The notes: a model not told the origin generated them from the sequence alone. DNA of 64,000 nt from Macrostomum hystrix (GCA_950097015.1 CATNEN010000027.1:868001-932000); one strand, 5' to 3'. Numbered from the stretch's first letter, positions 24,801 through 39,227 are shown. Numbers and translations: made by a program.

Positions 24801-27800
24801 TACAAGCTCGATTGCCTAAAAACTGATAATAAATGACCGGAAAAGGTGGAGTTAGTTTGCGCCATTCATTTGAGAAAGTATTGCTATAACAGCTATCATC
24901 GTAGTAATCTAATCTAATCTGAGGCACAGGGTGTGTCAACACAGTTCGTCAAGCATATAACTCGGTCAAGCAGTTCTAGATCAAGCATCTAGTGCAAATC
25001 TCTCTCTCTCACCTGACATGTTGCTGCCAGTCATGATGCCCGTGACTGAGGGAAAGTAAATGGCCAGCAGGATGAAGAAGTTGGTGGTGATGTCCTGCAC
25101 AACGTCGCGCTGGGAATCGCCGGTAACACCAGGAATTGATTGGCCCTTCTTGCTGTAGTGGTTGCCCATGTTGTCTGTCATTGTGGGGGGGAGGGAAGTG
25201 AAGGTTGGGCGAGAGACAATTAATCAGCTGTCATTCGCAGCCTCTTCTGCTTTACCTTGTCCTAATATTTAAAATCTAGGCTGAAATAACATTAAAGGAC
25301 AGATGCTCAAATCATTTATAGATTGGCATCTAACTGCTTGAACTTGGGGCAGATGACAGATTTAGCACAGACGTAGGGGAGAAAGACAGAAGGGGAGGCA
25401 GACAGACACTTAGAACAGGCAGACAGACACTCAGAACATGCAGACAGACACTTAAAACAGGCAGACAGACTTAGACTTTATCTGTCTTAGAACAGACAGA
25501 TACTCAGAACAGACAGACAGACACTTAGAACAGGCAGACAGTCACTTAGAACAGGCAGACAGACACTCAGAACTATAACACCCAAAACTGGAATGAGAAG
25601 TTCTCAAGACAGACACTTAGAACATGCAGAAAGACACTTAGAGCAGGCAGACATACACTCAGAACAGGCAGACACACTCAGAACAGGCAGACAGACACTT
25701 AGAACAGGCAGACAGAAAGACCAGAAAGACAGAAAGACGGGTAACGTCAGGCATAAAAATAGATGAGAAATGACAGAAATAGGACCAGGAGTGAATAAGA
25801 AAATATGAGTGAATCAAAGACAATTAAAAAACGAATAGATAAACACAAACAGACTTAAAAGTGCAACTCGCTAGCTAAAACAGCTCCCACACAGCTAATG
25901 CCTTGAGTCTCAAATGCCAAGCTATGAAAGCATCAGTACCAGTACTATATGCAGAACAACCTCCTAGAAAATTTGAAGACATCAACAAGACAAAGCACAT
26001 AGTGAGCATTCTAGTTGTTACCCTAGACATAAATAAAATCAACACAGGGCTGGTTTGGGCCCATGGCAAAGCTCAAGGCATGACATTCTACAAGCGTTTT
26101 CGTGACCTTTTCGGAGCCGCTGTTTTTAGCTCGCATATAACTACGCATTCGGCTTTAACTCAACCACCTTAACCTGTATCACCTTGCTAACCCATCCATT
26201 TACTGCTGCTCTAATGTAACAGACCGAAAACTCTGTGCATGGGTACACAGGGCTTTAAGCAAATAGTTGCTTCACATTAGCTGTACTGCTCTGTCTGATG
26301 TGAATTCCTCTGAGCGAGAACTCTCTTACACGCTTGTGTTCTGCTCGTGCCCTGACCGAAACTTCTCAAATCCAAGCCGAGTGTTCTCGTTCCATCGTTT
26401 CGACATTTTTCTCACATCCAAGGCGTGGTCTCATTCCATCTTTTCGACATTGTTCTCAAATCCAAGCCGACTGTTCTCATTCCATCTTTTCGACATTGTT
26501 CTAAAATCCAAGTCGACTGTTCTCATTCCATCTTTTCGACATTGTTCTCAAATCCAAGCCGACTGTTCTCATTCCATCTTTTCGACATTGTTCTCAAATC
26601 CAAGCCGAGTGTTCTTGTTTTATCTTTTCGACATTGTTCTCAAATCCAAGCCGACTGTTCTCATTCCATCTTTTCGACATTGTTCTCAAATCCAAGCCGA
26701 GTGTTCTCGTTTTATCTTTTCGATGTTGTTCTCAAATCCAAGTCGTGTTCTCATTCCATCTTTTCGACATTTTTCTCAAATCCAAGCCGAGTGTTCTTGT
26801 TTTATCTTTTCGAAATTGTTCTCAAATAGAAGCCGAGTGTTCTCATTCCATCTTTTCGACATTGTTCTCAAATCCAAGCCGACTGTTCTCATTCCATCTT
26901 TTCAACGTTGTTCTCAAATCCTAGCAGTGTTCTCATTCCATCATTTACGATACTCTACGCTTTGAATCTATCCAAAAGTACAGTACTCATAACAATATTT
27001 TCTTCTCAATTTTCTTTTGGTCGCTGGTAAAACTAATTTTTAAGCCGCAGATAAAGTGCAATTAACTGTTTGTTTAAAAACTGTTTCCTAGACAAAAAGG
27101 CAGGCCATGAGATCTCAAGTAATCTCTTATTATTTCTCTTTCCCTCAGCACAAAAAGTTGTTGCCGAGGAAGGATTGCTTGACTGCAAAAACCTACTCTG
27201 TTAAGTGCTCTAATTGGGCAAAAAACATCTGTGCATACGGCAATCTAATTCTGTCTTGGCCAAAAACACACTCGTTGGTTTTTCTAAACCATAGCTAGCT
27301 AGTACACAAAGTTTTTGTTCTAAGAATTGATGTAAATAAAAACAGCATTGTTCAGCTATCATACATTTGCTCGTAGTCTTGCAGCCTATGGACGGTCTCT
27401 ACGGCCTCTTAGGGAGGACAGCAGTTCGAAGCCTAGCATTAGCCTGAGTAAAAATATGACCAGTCCAGTCCAGGGACTGAACAGAGCTGTGCAACAGACA
27501 ATGGTTTTTAGAATTAACCGAGTCCGAATTCAGTGACTAACCAAATGATTTTTATCAGCATTTCGTAGTTTGCCTTTTTACAGCAAATTGTTAATCATAC
27601 CGTAAAATCTAAAAACTCACTAACAGAAGAAAAACAAAACAGGTCAAACCTCTGGATTGTCAGCTATTTCAGCCTGACCTAGTTTTCCTCTAAATTCCAC
27701 TTCCAACCCCCGCATAAAATGGTGCGCTTTCGCTAGCAAGGCTACACAGAACAAAATTCTTGGAAATAGCTATTCATTTTATACAAATATCATAAGCCGC

Positions 27801-30800
27801 ATTAAAAATAAATGCAGGATTCAAAAAAGTACTTGAAAAATGTTAAACCTAAGATTATCATTAGAAATATGCACGAAAAGACGATTTCAAATCAAGAATA
27901 ATCCCCAAAATGAGGATTTTTATTTTTAATGCCTGTGATACTAAATCCCAAATCCTACTCGCCGCATCCGTCACGCTCACCTTTGATGACGCCGCTAAGG
28001 AAGCCGGGAAAGGCGCTGACCTCGCGGAATTCATTTCTCAAGTAGCTGTCCTCGCACTGGAAGGTGGGCAGCCCACCGTCTGTGGAGTTGCTATAGGAAC
28101 AGTACAGGTGCGCCAGGGCGGTCCTATTGCAGCCCAAGTAAGTGTCGTTACCGTCGTAGAGCACTTGACGCCTTAAAAGTACATCGCCCAGCAGGCAGAC
28201 AGTCGGGCCACGCTCCGGATTGGCTGCGAATGCGCCGGCGTAGATTGCCAGCACGGAGACGATGACGCAGGACAGGGACACCGGGGCGAACAGCTGGACG
28301 AAGCGGACGCCGATAGCGACAGCAGCGAAGATGATGATTAGCAGGACTGTGGCGTAAATGCGAAAGTTGTTGAACATGTCGGCCTCGGCGATGTGACCGT
28401 AGGCGTCGGCCTCGCCGAATTTAGGCAGCATCGGCAGCAGGTAGACTAAGAGCATTTCAACGCCGCCAACCAGGTACATGGCGCAGGCGACCGCGTTGGC
28501 CAGGTAGAAAAGTACACCGACCGCGCTGCCGAACTCGGGGCCAAGGTTGCGCGAGATCATGAAGTAGGCGCCGCCGCTCTCCACAACGCCGTTGGTGGCG
28601 ATGGCGCTCATAGAGATGCTGGTTAACAGGGTCTGCGAGAGGGAGGGCGGTTGGCTGCGCTTTAGGAGCCAGAAAGGGAGGGAAGGAGGCGACATTGGTG
28701 GGGTAGACAGAGCGGTGGAAAGGTGGGGTAGACAGAAAGGAATAGAGAGATGGGGTTGACAGAAAGGAGTAGAGAGATGGGGTAGACAGAAAGGAGTAGA
28801 GAGATTGGGTAGACAGAAAGGAGTAGAGAGATTGGGTAGACAGAAAGGAGTAGAGAGATGGGGTAGACAGAAAGGAGTAGAGAGAAGGGGTTGACAGAAA
28901 GGAGTAGAGAGATGGGGTTGACAGAAAGGAGTAGAGAGAAGGGGTTGACAGAAAGGAGCAGAGAGATGGGGTAAACAGAAAGGAGTAGAGAGAAGGGGTT
29001 GACAAAAAGGAGTAGAGAGATGGGGTAGTCAGAAAGGAGTAGAGAGATGGGGTAGTCAGAAAGGAGTAGAGAGAGAGGTAGAAAGACAGGTGAAAAGGTG
29101 AGGTAGATAGATGGGTTGAAAGGTGGAGGTAAAGAGAAGGGTGGAAAGGTGGGTTAGACAGAGGGGTGGAAAGATAGGGTAGAGAGAAAGGAGTAGAGAG
29201 ATAAGGTAGACAGGAAAGAGTAAAAATACAAAAATTCGCCTAGAATTTCTGCTGGAATGTGGTTTTTCGACCTTCAACTGTTCCTTAAATGCTTGCTACA
29301 TTACATTTTTGTTAAAACAAAAAGCTTCCCTTATGAAAGGATTGCGGGACGGTCTATTTGATCTCAAGTCCCAGAAAACTCACGCAGAGGCAGCACATGA
29401 ACACGATGGCGCCGGCCTCCCAGATGCCGGCAACTCCGACAATCCAGAACAGCCGCAGGAACATGATGACGCCGAAGATGTGCTGAATAGTCGGCAGGTA
29501 GACGCCAAGGATGATGCCCAGCTTGGCCTTCTGCAGGGTTAAGGATTTCGGAGAATTGATGTTAGAATCCTAGATACCTAGATTCCTAGATTCCTAGAAT
29601 CCTAGATTCCTAGAATCCTAGATTCCTAGAATCCTAGATTCCTAGAATCCTAGAATCTTAGATTCCTAGATTCCTAAAATCCTAGATTCCTAGAATCCTA
29701 GATTCCTAGATTCCTAGATTCCTAGAATCCTAGATTTCTAGAATCCTAGATTCCTCGTACACTAGACTCCTAGAATCCTAGATTCCTAGAATCCTAGATT
29801 CCTAGAATCCTAGATTCCTAGAATCCTAGAATCCTAGATTCCTACAATCCTAGATTCCTACAATCCTAGATTCCTAGAATCCTAGATTCCTAGAATCCTA
29901 GATTCCTAGAACACTAGATTCCTAGAATCCTAGATTCCTAGACTCCTAGATTCCTAGATTTTTGCAATCCTAGATTGCTAGATTTCCTGTGTTTACCGAA
30001 AGGATTATTTTAGCTCATTTTCATTGGTATATTTACATAGTTTTCCTAAGGCCTGTTCTAAATAAAAGAATCTCGATTCCACTGTCGCAGACGCGGATTA
30101 GAAATCAAACTCCAGCTAGATCAAACGGGGCAAACGAGACAGTCTCAGCTCCGGGACCCGATGAAGCCCTGAATGATACGAGCCCCTACAATTTGCAAAG
30201 TTAGAAAGGAAGCTTCATTTTATAAAATAATTTCGCAAGATGCAAATTTTAATTTCGAGTTGCTGAACTCATCTTCTTAATTACGTCTTCTGCTTAAACT
30301 GCCACATGCCCGTCTCTTTTCGACTATCTTAAAGAAAATTTCTCTAAAATTATGTCGTGCTTCTATTTTCCTCCTATTTCTCGCACTGAAAATTTATTTT
30401 GCCAGCATTTTTCAGCGAGCTTATTTACGAGTATTTAAAACTCTACCCCATATTCCCACCTCATTTATATTTTTTCTCAACCTCATTTTCCCCACCTCAT
30501 TTTGCTCAATGTCGACCTCATTTTCCCACCTCATTTCGCACATTTCTCTATTTCAATTTGATATTTTCCTAGCTAATTTTTTTATCACTTCACAACCCTC
30601 TTCTCATTCTCTACTCAATTATCCCACCCTTTATTCTTATTTTCTAGCCCAATCCGCACTCGATTTTGCATAATTTTTACACAGAATTATGCACTTGGAC
30701 TGAAAAAGTCCCAAAAGTTCATTGAACTCATTTAAACAAAAATAGTCGAAACGACTGATGTAAGTACATGCATGCACTATCCTTGCTTACTCTCCTAATT

Positions 30801-33800
30801 TCTGTAGCTATGAGATTTTCTAGAAAAAGAGGGCAGTACACACAGCGGATGGTCGGCAGGAGTCAGGACAAGAGCATGGAGAGGGAAATTCTAATGAGAG
30901 CAGGCAGTAGAACATGGGGATCAAAGTCTAGAATATTTATTTGCATTAAAGCTCTTTTTTCAAGTCCCTCTACTTACTATAAAAATAGGATAATCTGGGA
31001 TTACAGAATCATATAATCTGGGATTACAGAATTAGATAATCTCGTATTATAGAATCCGATAATCTTGGATTATACTCGTGGAATCAGATAATCTGGGATT
31101 ACAGAATCGGATAATCTGGGATTACAGAATCGGATAATCTGGGATTACAGAATCAGATAATCTGGGATTACAGAATCAGATAATCTGGGATTACAGAATC
31201 AGATAATCTGGGATTACAGAATCAGATAATCTGGGATTACAGAATATGATAATCTTGGATTATACTCGTAGAATCAGATAATCTGGGATTACAACAACAA
31301 CAACAACAACAAAGAACTGCTCCCGCCAGCCACGCAGTGGCCAGAGAGGGGGAGAGCAGTCAGAGAGCGCGTTTCTGGGCCAACGATCTCAAAAAGTCAC
31401 ACCCGCTAGCTTGGTCCGGGGCGCCAGCATCACTCAGAATCCGTTCAGGAAATCTCGCCGTTCGCCCTTGGCCTCGCCAATTACAGAATTACAGAATTCG
31501 GGATTACAGAATCAGATAATCTGGGATTACAGAATATGATAATCTGGTACTATAAAGTCAATCTATAGGTGTGACGAGTTTCAAGGATTAGGAAATCCAG
31601 AAAGGAGAGTCCGTTGGACATGCTCAGCTCACCTTGGGCGGCGGCTTCTTGCTCGGATGTGTCGGATCTGACTCATCCTTCTCGTTGCGCATCGGGCTGG
31701 TAAAAGTGCGCAGGTAGGCGTTGAGCGTCGGCAGGGCGCCAGCGCCGCCGTCTCCGTCCTCGTCGACATAGACGGCCAGTTCGGCGTCGGCGTCGGCCCT
31801 CAACGGCCGCGTGTCCTCGGCGCCATCTGTGCCAGGCGCGGCGCCTGCGGCGGCCGGCTTCCGGACTGTGGACACCACTGCGGCGGAGCGGAGGGTGGGG
31901 TTGGTGATATGTACGAGGACGACCTTTGGGGAATCACTATTCTATCTTCTGATTAAACTGCTTGTTTGGCCTTAAATCTGGGATTTGGGATATTAACTGT
32001 TTTATGGACTAGAAATGGGATTTGACGTCGAGAGTCAAACTTATCTCTCCGCATAGACAGCATTCTGAAGATTCTGAAACATCACCGACTAAAAAGTTCA
32101 TTATGATAGCTACCTGTTTTTTATACCAGCTAATAGCTCATAAGTGATCAAGTTGTAAAGTGAAAGTGAAGTGGTAGTTTACTGACTTTTGTAGACTAGT
32201 GTTCGATTTCGTTTTCTGAGAAATGCACTACAAACTGTCCCAAAATAATGTACTTTTAAGTATACAGACAGAAACAAACACGAACGAATAGCTAGGCTGG
32301 TCTATCTTCTAAAAAACAAAATTATTTGCTTGCTAATTTGCCCTTAGCTAGAGCTTGTCTGGTTTTACGCTCGTAGCCATCAATAGTTATAATACTACGA
32401 GCTAGCTACGAGCCGTATAATGATAAACCATTTTATTAGGTTATTTATGGCCTACAAACGTGCCGACCTGCTTAAAACATCGATAGAGGCAGATGTAAAT
32501 CTTCGATATCACTTTATTGTTCCTTTCAAAATATACAACTCACAAAAAGGTGCGTAGTCCTCTCTTTAAATAAGAGGAGATAACTAACTCAAACTTTTGC
32601 CAAGGACTACCAAACAACACGTTGTTTGGTAGTCCTTGACTTTTGCAACTACAAGTGTACTCAATTGCACCACTTTTTTAAAGCCGGATTCATGGAGATT
32701 CTTGCAAAAAATTCAAGACTGAATTTGTTAATAATTTACCTTGAAACTTGCCGTGCTCTCCACCTTCCATTGCCGAATAGTTGAAATCTTTTGTTGAATT
32801 TTCGGATTTCTCAGTCACCATACTTTTAGGTTTCGGGTTTGCTTATGAAACACGAGTAAAAAAGTTATCTATTAGTTTTGTCGCTTGTTTTTCTATTACG
32901 CCGTGGTCATATAGACACTTAAAGAACAAACAATATTAGAAGTGAAAGGAGTTTGTCAACTTTTAGGGATGAACCACGGACACTAACAAATTGAGGGGGT
33001 CTTGTCCTGCATTAAATGGCGCGCACGCTTTCGAAAATGGAATTTTCCATCGGGAACAGGGTTGGTCGGAGCGCGCAACACCTCCGCTTATTCATACCAC
33101 TAGAATTGAATGTAGATGCCGATTTGGGTGGTATGTACATTTGGACGAGTGTACATTCTACATATTCCAAACTGGAGGTCGTCTGATGCATGTGGAGAGG
33201 AGAAGAAAGGAGGGACGGAATTACCCAGGCTATTTTTATGCTCTTAACCTAGGCCGCCCACCCCATACCCGCCACCCCCTTTAACCTAGTAAACAAGTCC
33301 GGCTATTGAAATTATTGTCTGCGCCTAGTTGAGTGAGTACAATTGAGTACAATCTGCGGTTCCAATGTGAATATTACAAAAAACTGGCAAGCAACTCAAA
33401 TTTTGGATCGTCCTTTACTATACGAGCGGTTTATAAAATTCACTTTATCACTACTAATTGTTCTCATAGTCAGGAATATCAGGAATATATTCGAGAACGC
33501 GGCTGAGAATTGAATTAAAAAAGTCTGGCAAGTTACCAGAATCTTATGGCCCCACGCTGAGTTAGTTAATTTTAACGTTTTTAACGGTTAAACGAAAAAA
33601 GTCTATATGAAAATAATTTGGGATTGGGTTGTTGGGTACTTTCGGTTGTTGGGTTGACATGTTTCGCTTCAAATTCAATCCATCCATAACTTACAGGGCT
33701 GTCTTGTCGTCTATCATCCTTCAAAACAGGCGATCTTAACAATCAGCTCAATCATACGAGTACACAAAATTACAATTTCTCTTTTTTAAACTACGGTGCA

Positions 33801-35844
33801 GACTTGAAAAAAGAAGCGCGTCTGAGGTATGATTTAGTCAGGGCACAGAATGACTGAGGTGTGATTTAGTCAGGGCACAGAATGACTGAGGTGTGATTTA
33901 GTCAGGGCACAGAATGACTGAGGTGTGATTTAGTCAGGGCACAGAATGACTGAGGTGTGATTTAGTCAGGGCACAGAATGACTAAGGTGTGATTTAGTCA
34001 GGGCACAGAATGACTGAGGTGTGATTTAGTCAGGGCATAGAATGACTAAGGTGTGATTTAGTCAGGGCACAGAATGACTGAGGTGTGATTTAGTCAGGGC
34101 ACAGAATGACTGAGGTGTGATTTAGTCAGGGCACAGAATGACTGAGGTGTGATTTAGTCAGTGCACAGAATGACTGAGGTGTGATTTAGTCAGGGCACAG
34201 AATGACTGAGGTGTGATTTAGTCAGGGCACAGAATGACTGAGGTGTGATTTAGTCAGGGCACAGAATGATTGAGGTGTGATTTAGTCAGTGCACAGAATG
34301 ACTGAGGTGTGATTTAGTCAGGGCTCAGAATGACTGAGGTGTGATTTAGTCAGGGCACAGAATGACTGAGGTGTGATTTAGTCAGGGCACAGAATGACTA
34401 AGGTGTGATTTAGTCAGGGCACAGAATGACTGAGGTGTGATTTAGTCAGGGCACAGAATGACTAAGGTGTGATTTAGTCAGGGCACAGAATGACTGAGGT
34501 GTGATTTAGTCAGGGCACAGAATGACTGAGGTGTGATTTAGTCAGGGAACAGAATGACTGAGGTGTGATTTAGTCAGGGCACAGAATGACTGAGGTGTGA
34601 TTTAGTCAGGGCACAGAATGGCTGAGGTGTGATTTAGTCAGGGCACAGAATGACTGAGGTGTGATTTAGTCAGGGCACAGAATGACTGAGGTGTGATTTA
34701 GTCAGGGCACAGAATGACTGAGGTGTGATTTAGTCAGGGCACAGAATGACTAAGGTGTGATTTAGTCAGGGCACAGAATGACTGAGGTGTGATTTAGTCA
34801 GGGCACAGAATGACTAAGGTGTGATTTAGTCAGGGCACAGAATGACTGAGGTGTGATTTAGTCAGGGCACAGAATGACTGAGGTGTGATTTAGTCAGGGA
34901 ACAGAATGACTGAGGTGTGATTTAGTCAGGGCACAGAATGACTGAGGTGTGATTTAGTCAGGGCACAGAATGGCTGAGGTGTGATTTAGTCAGGGCACAG
35001 AATGACTGAGGTGTGATTTAGTCAGGGCACAGAATGACTGAGGTGTGATTTAGTCAGGGCACAGAATGGCTGAGGTGTGATTTAGTCAGGGCACAGAATG
35101 ACTGAGGTGTGATTTGGTCAGGGCACAGAATGACTGAGGTGTGATTTGGTCAGGGCACAGAATGACCAAGGTGTACAGGACATTTTTTCAGAAGGACAAA
35201 TTTTCAGCCATTTAAAGCGAGATGTAGAGCTGGGACCAGTGAAGGTGTCCTTGTACTGTTTGGTGATGCAGTTGAGAGAAATAAAAGCTAACAGATCTAG
35301 GGCGATTGCTACGAGCCTGTAGAGGAATTTGAGATGATTAGAAGTCCTTGCTTTTTCAAACATCTGCTTTAACATGACACTAAAGGTCGAAGACTCATTA
35401 GCGGCGAAAATTTTGGAAAAATAGAGCCAAACAGGACGCTCTGGAACTAGCTTAGCTGAATTTTACGAGGGAATACGCTGAAGTGTAACCAAACTGGTGC
35501 ATCGGTTTTCGACTTGATCACTTTTGCACTTTTAGAGCTAAAGTCCTGTCAAAACTACGTGTAGACATAATGTACTATGAAATCAACCAAGGACACTATT
35601 TATTTGACTGATACCTGATTAACATCGAGAATATTGAAACGAACACCTATAGGAAGTGCGCTTACTGTTTCTACTTACTGACTTTTGCCTATGCCCTGCA
35701 AGCTTTCAGTAAGAAAACCCATCGGAATAAAGCAAACAAAGTCCACAAACCTATGATGCTCGGTCGATGTCGAAACGACACATGCGGCTGCTCCTCATTG
35801 TCCAGCATTGGCTCCTTCTGCTGTTCGACGTCATTATCGGCCAT
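15819..35844 (-). CDS. kcc: K-Cl cotransporter (SLC12A4-7/KCC family), about 1153 aa; exons 35844-35751, 31877-31633, 29530-29384, 28632-27981, 25174-25013, 23205-22922, 21062-20495, 19610-19316, 18512-18245, 17202-17031, 16393-15819
   Basis: Ten GT-AG introns with consistent phases (total 3462 nt). Motifs: [110 protein letters not shown] and the KCC-type end [16 protein letters not shown]. The first coding exon is the least certain. Confidence 0.95.
16502..16830 (-). mobile_element. tRNA-derived SINE copy with (ATT)n tail in the last KCC intron
   Basis: Closely similar to 41006-41375. B-box-like AGTTCGATCGATTCC on the minus strand. The tail reads aattattattattat on the minus strand. Confidence 0.75.
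17300..18185. repeat. 20-bp minisatellite (TCACCTCAG[G/T]TAGGCATCTA), about 44 copies
   Basis: Direct periodicity inside a KCC intron. Confidence 0.95.
18825..19235. repeat. Dispersed repeat B, about 400 bp (other copies at about 55980-56460, and split around the SINE at 16450-16500 plus 16850-16990)
   Basis: Shared blocks ttttctgtatctcc(t/c)aaaatattcaacc, ggcatcgtcgagatatt(c/a)aacgattct, atatggtggactttcacgaaaa and ccgtggtc(c/t)t(t)cccc. Confidence 0.75.
19860..20470. repeat. Degenerate about 34-bp tandem repeat (ccaaatccccatacctagaataaatcccaaattt)
   Basis: Visible periodicity that starts almost immediately after the exon donor at 20494. Confidence 0.85.
21195..21830. repeat. 34-bp minisatellite, sub-array A (ACCTGAAGGCTCAGGAACTTCAGGGTAGATAA[G/T]G)
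   Basis: Period of 34 measured between 21201 and 21235. Confidence 0.92.
22140..22815. repeat. 34-bp minisatellite, sub-array B (ATCTGAAGCCTCAGGAACTTCAGGCGAGATAATG)
   Basis: Period of 34 measured between 22221 and 22255; same family as sub-array A. Confidence 0.92.
23625..24010. repeat. 27-bp minisatellite (AAGCGGCGATCCCAAAACTATCTAAAC)
   Basis: Explains the spurious KRRSQNYLN ORFs. Confidence 0.92.
25400..25720. repeat. About 21-bp degenerate tandem repeat (aggcagacagacacttagaac)
   Basis: Visible periodicity. Confidence 0.8.
26365..26945. repeat. 46-bp minisatellite (tccaagccgactgttctcattccatcttttcgacattgttctcaaa)
   Basis: About 12 copies; explains the repetitive ORFs at 26267-26965. Confidence 0.9.
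28700..29060. repeat. 27-bp purine-rich minisatellite (ggggtagacagaaaggagtagagagat)
   Basis: Visible periodicity; gives the spurious [12 protein letters not shown]. Confidence 0.9.
29565..29985. repeat. 8-bp microsatellite (TCCTAGA[A/T])n
   Basis: Visible periodicity. Confidence 0.92.
30990..31545. repeat. 23-bp minisatellite (cagataatctgggattacagaat), interrupted at about 31290-31480
   Basis: Visible periodicity. Confidence 0.88.
33820..35170. repeat. 32-bp minisatellite (TGACTGAGGTGTGATTTAGTCAGGGCACAGAA), about 42 copies
   Basis: Direct periodicity in KCC intron 1. Confidence 0.96.
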
Positions 35845-36139
35845 TGCTAACGGGAGCGCTGCTGCGGCTTCGAAGTCGGTTTCAACTGGTTCTCTGTTCG
35901 CTTTGTCGAGTGCTTTCTTTTCAAAGTTTCGAGTATTATTCTCAGATGGCTGTCGGTTGGACTTGAAACGTAAGAGAAGCGCTTACTATATTTAAATAGC
36001 GTCGCGGCGCGAACTGGAATTTGACTCGCCTATAGGCAAAGGTTGAGGACTGAGTTGGAGGTGTTTGAGCTATATGGCATTGATGCTGCAGACATGCGCA
36101 CTCTGGTGGCATATAAATACTATACCCCCACCTCCAGCC

Positions 36140-36720
36140 TACTTTATTGTTCTCGAGGCCTGCACTGGCCAGTTCGACGCTCAAAGTTTGGGTTTTCTCC
36201 AGCCGGTTTCCGCTGCCGTTGCTACTAGGAGGGGTTTAGACGAAGGAGTCAGGGGGGCAGTTAGGGCGGCGAGTCGAGGGTGAGACTGTTAGACCGGCGG
36301 GTGTCTTCAGCCATTGTTTGTTCTCTTATTCGTTGTCTTCTAGTGCTAGCAAAAAAAATGCGCAGGTTAGTTCAAGCAATATAAAAAACGATAAAGGTTA
36401 TGATGGCCTCACACGCAACCGTACTAATCTGCTCGACCCTACAATACACCAATCGGGACCATGAAGATTATCGAGCTTTTCCGCCATTCGAGAGATCTAT
36501 TCGGACTTTTATCCCTTTCGCAATCGCATCCTCCTCCTACACCTCCCTCCTCGTAAGCGTGATTTGCGCGGAAATTCCTCTGGCCCTCCCAGGACAGCCA
36601 CTGCTGCAGCGAGCGCCATCGGTATCTACGCCGCTATCCGTGCGGTCCATCAGAATGAGCATTTCTCTCTCATCGGCAGCCAATGACGGTCAGAGCCAAT
36701 GGCGATTCCAATGACTTTAC
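36140..36720 (-). promoter_or_regulatory. Putative KCC promoter and 5'UTR exon
   Basis: Three CCAAT motifs at about 36680-36710 in CpG-rich sequence. Candidate UTR intron 36142-35962 (donor gtaggc; acceptor ttctcttacgtttcaag). Inference. Confidence 0.35.
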
Positions 36721-37474
36721 AGCTCTCTGGAAAGTCGGTCGAGCCTTGGATGAAACTCTTTCATCCCTTCGGCCACTCCCTGACCAAGCCGCCAGGGGTC
36801 ATCGGTTCCCATTTTCCATCTCTCCCGTTTCTCTCTACCTATGTTCCCTCTCAGTGTCTCTCTGGGGGATGCAATGGTTGTCTAAGTCTTCCTCAAATAC
36901 TCCCCTAGGCACAAAATTTATCGCTCCTTAAATTCATCTTTTTAACATTCGTCATTCGAGGACATAAAATGAGATGTGCGGTATTGTTTAAGCTTAATGC
37001 GTTTACACACGGTTTGAACATGTACTTTTATATTGAAATTTTCGTATAGAAATACACTTCGTTGAAGTTGACTTCTACTATCACTATTTCCACACGCAAA
37101 TCAGATTATACACTTCAGATTCATTCAGCACAATACACGAGCTGTATGCATGCCATGGGAGAAATTCCCGCCGTAGGCAAGTCATGCCTGCCCCAAAGAG
37201 TGGTGGATGAAGCTTCAGCAGCTGGCCGCATGACCCTTCGCAGGCTGGCGAAATGTCAGACTGCCCGCTGCTAATGCGCGATAGAGACAGATAGATGGAG
37301 GGAAGCTGGGGCTCAGGGTGCATGCGCCCGCGCGTGCTCTGGCACGGGAAAGGTATTCGCGAGGCGCGGAAACTTGTATTTTAGCAAGCACGAACTATAT
37401 CGAAGGACAAGCAATTATGCCTGAGACATTCATGAGATTCAAGATTCATTCAGTCATCTACGAGCTGCATTTAT

Positions 37475-38610
<1,136 letters not shown>

Positions 38611-39227
38611 ACACCTAGTTTGATGGCTTCTTTTCAAAGTGTCTTCAAACGACCGAACCCGAAAGTGTTGAGGTTGAATGCCAGAATTTTTACAACAACT
38701 TCATTGGTTCGCCCGGATGGCCACGTTAAGCCTCTTTAACCCTGATTCTGACAACTTGAAAAAAGGCTCCTTAAAAAGCAAGGCTTGCAGTTTCTTCCTG
38801 AAAAACCTGGCGCAGCTACGATGAAGCCAATCGATAAAGAAAACACGACTGTCCCACTGCAACCGCTTTCAACGCAGGCAGGAGCGATTGGGCCGTGATA
38901 ATTGAAGCGCTGATTCGAGTGCTTGGAAGTGACTGAAAAAAACTTTTGCGCTGTCTCTATGAAAACGCGCAAAAACCCAATTAATCGGCAAAGTTCACTA
39001 CGTCAATTAAGACCACTGACGGAGCTGAAAATTCTCATCTGGTGGAGAGCTGCTGAAGGAAGATAGCTAATTATCTCTGAACTGTTATTCCTGTAAGGTT
39101 ATTCTGAAAGCTTCAGTCAGAAATTCTCACCGCTCTACTTTTAGTAGGGTGTTTCCGGACTTGTGTAACTTGCATTGACGCAGTTTGAAATATATAAGAA
39201 AAAGTGTGACAGTGACTCGTGAAATTA

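Noticed and set aside
17300-35170. CRISPR-like arrays (20-34-bp, partly palindromic repeats)
   Set aside because: The units are head-to-tail with no unique spacers, there are no cas genes, and they lie in eukaryotic introns.
35385-35400. Spliced-leader RNA fragment (gaagactca)
   Set aside because: Only a 9-nt resemblance to a recalled flatworm SL, with no donor or Sm site context.
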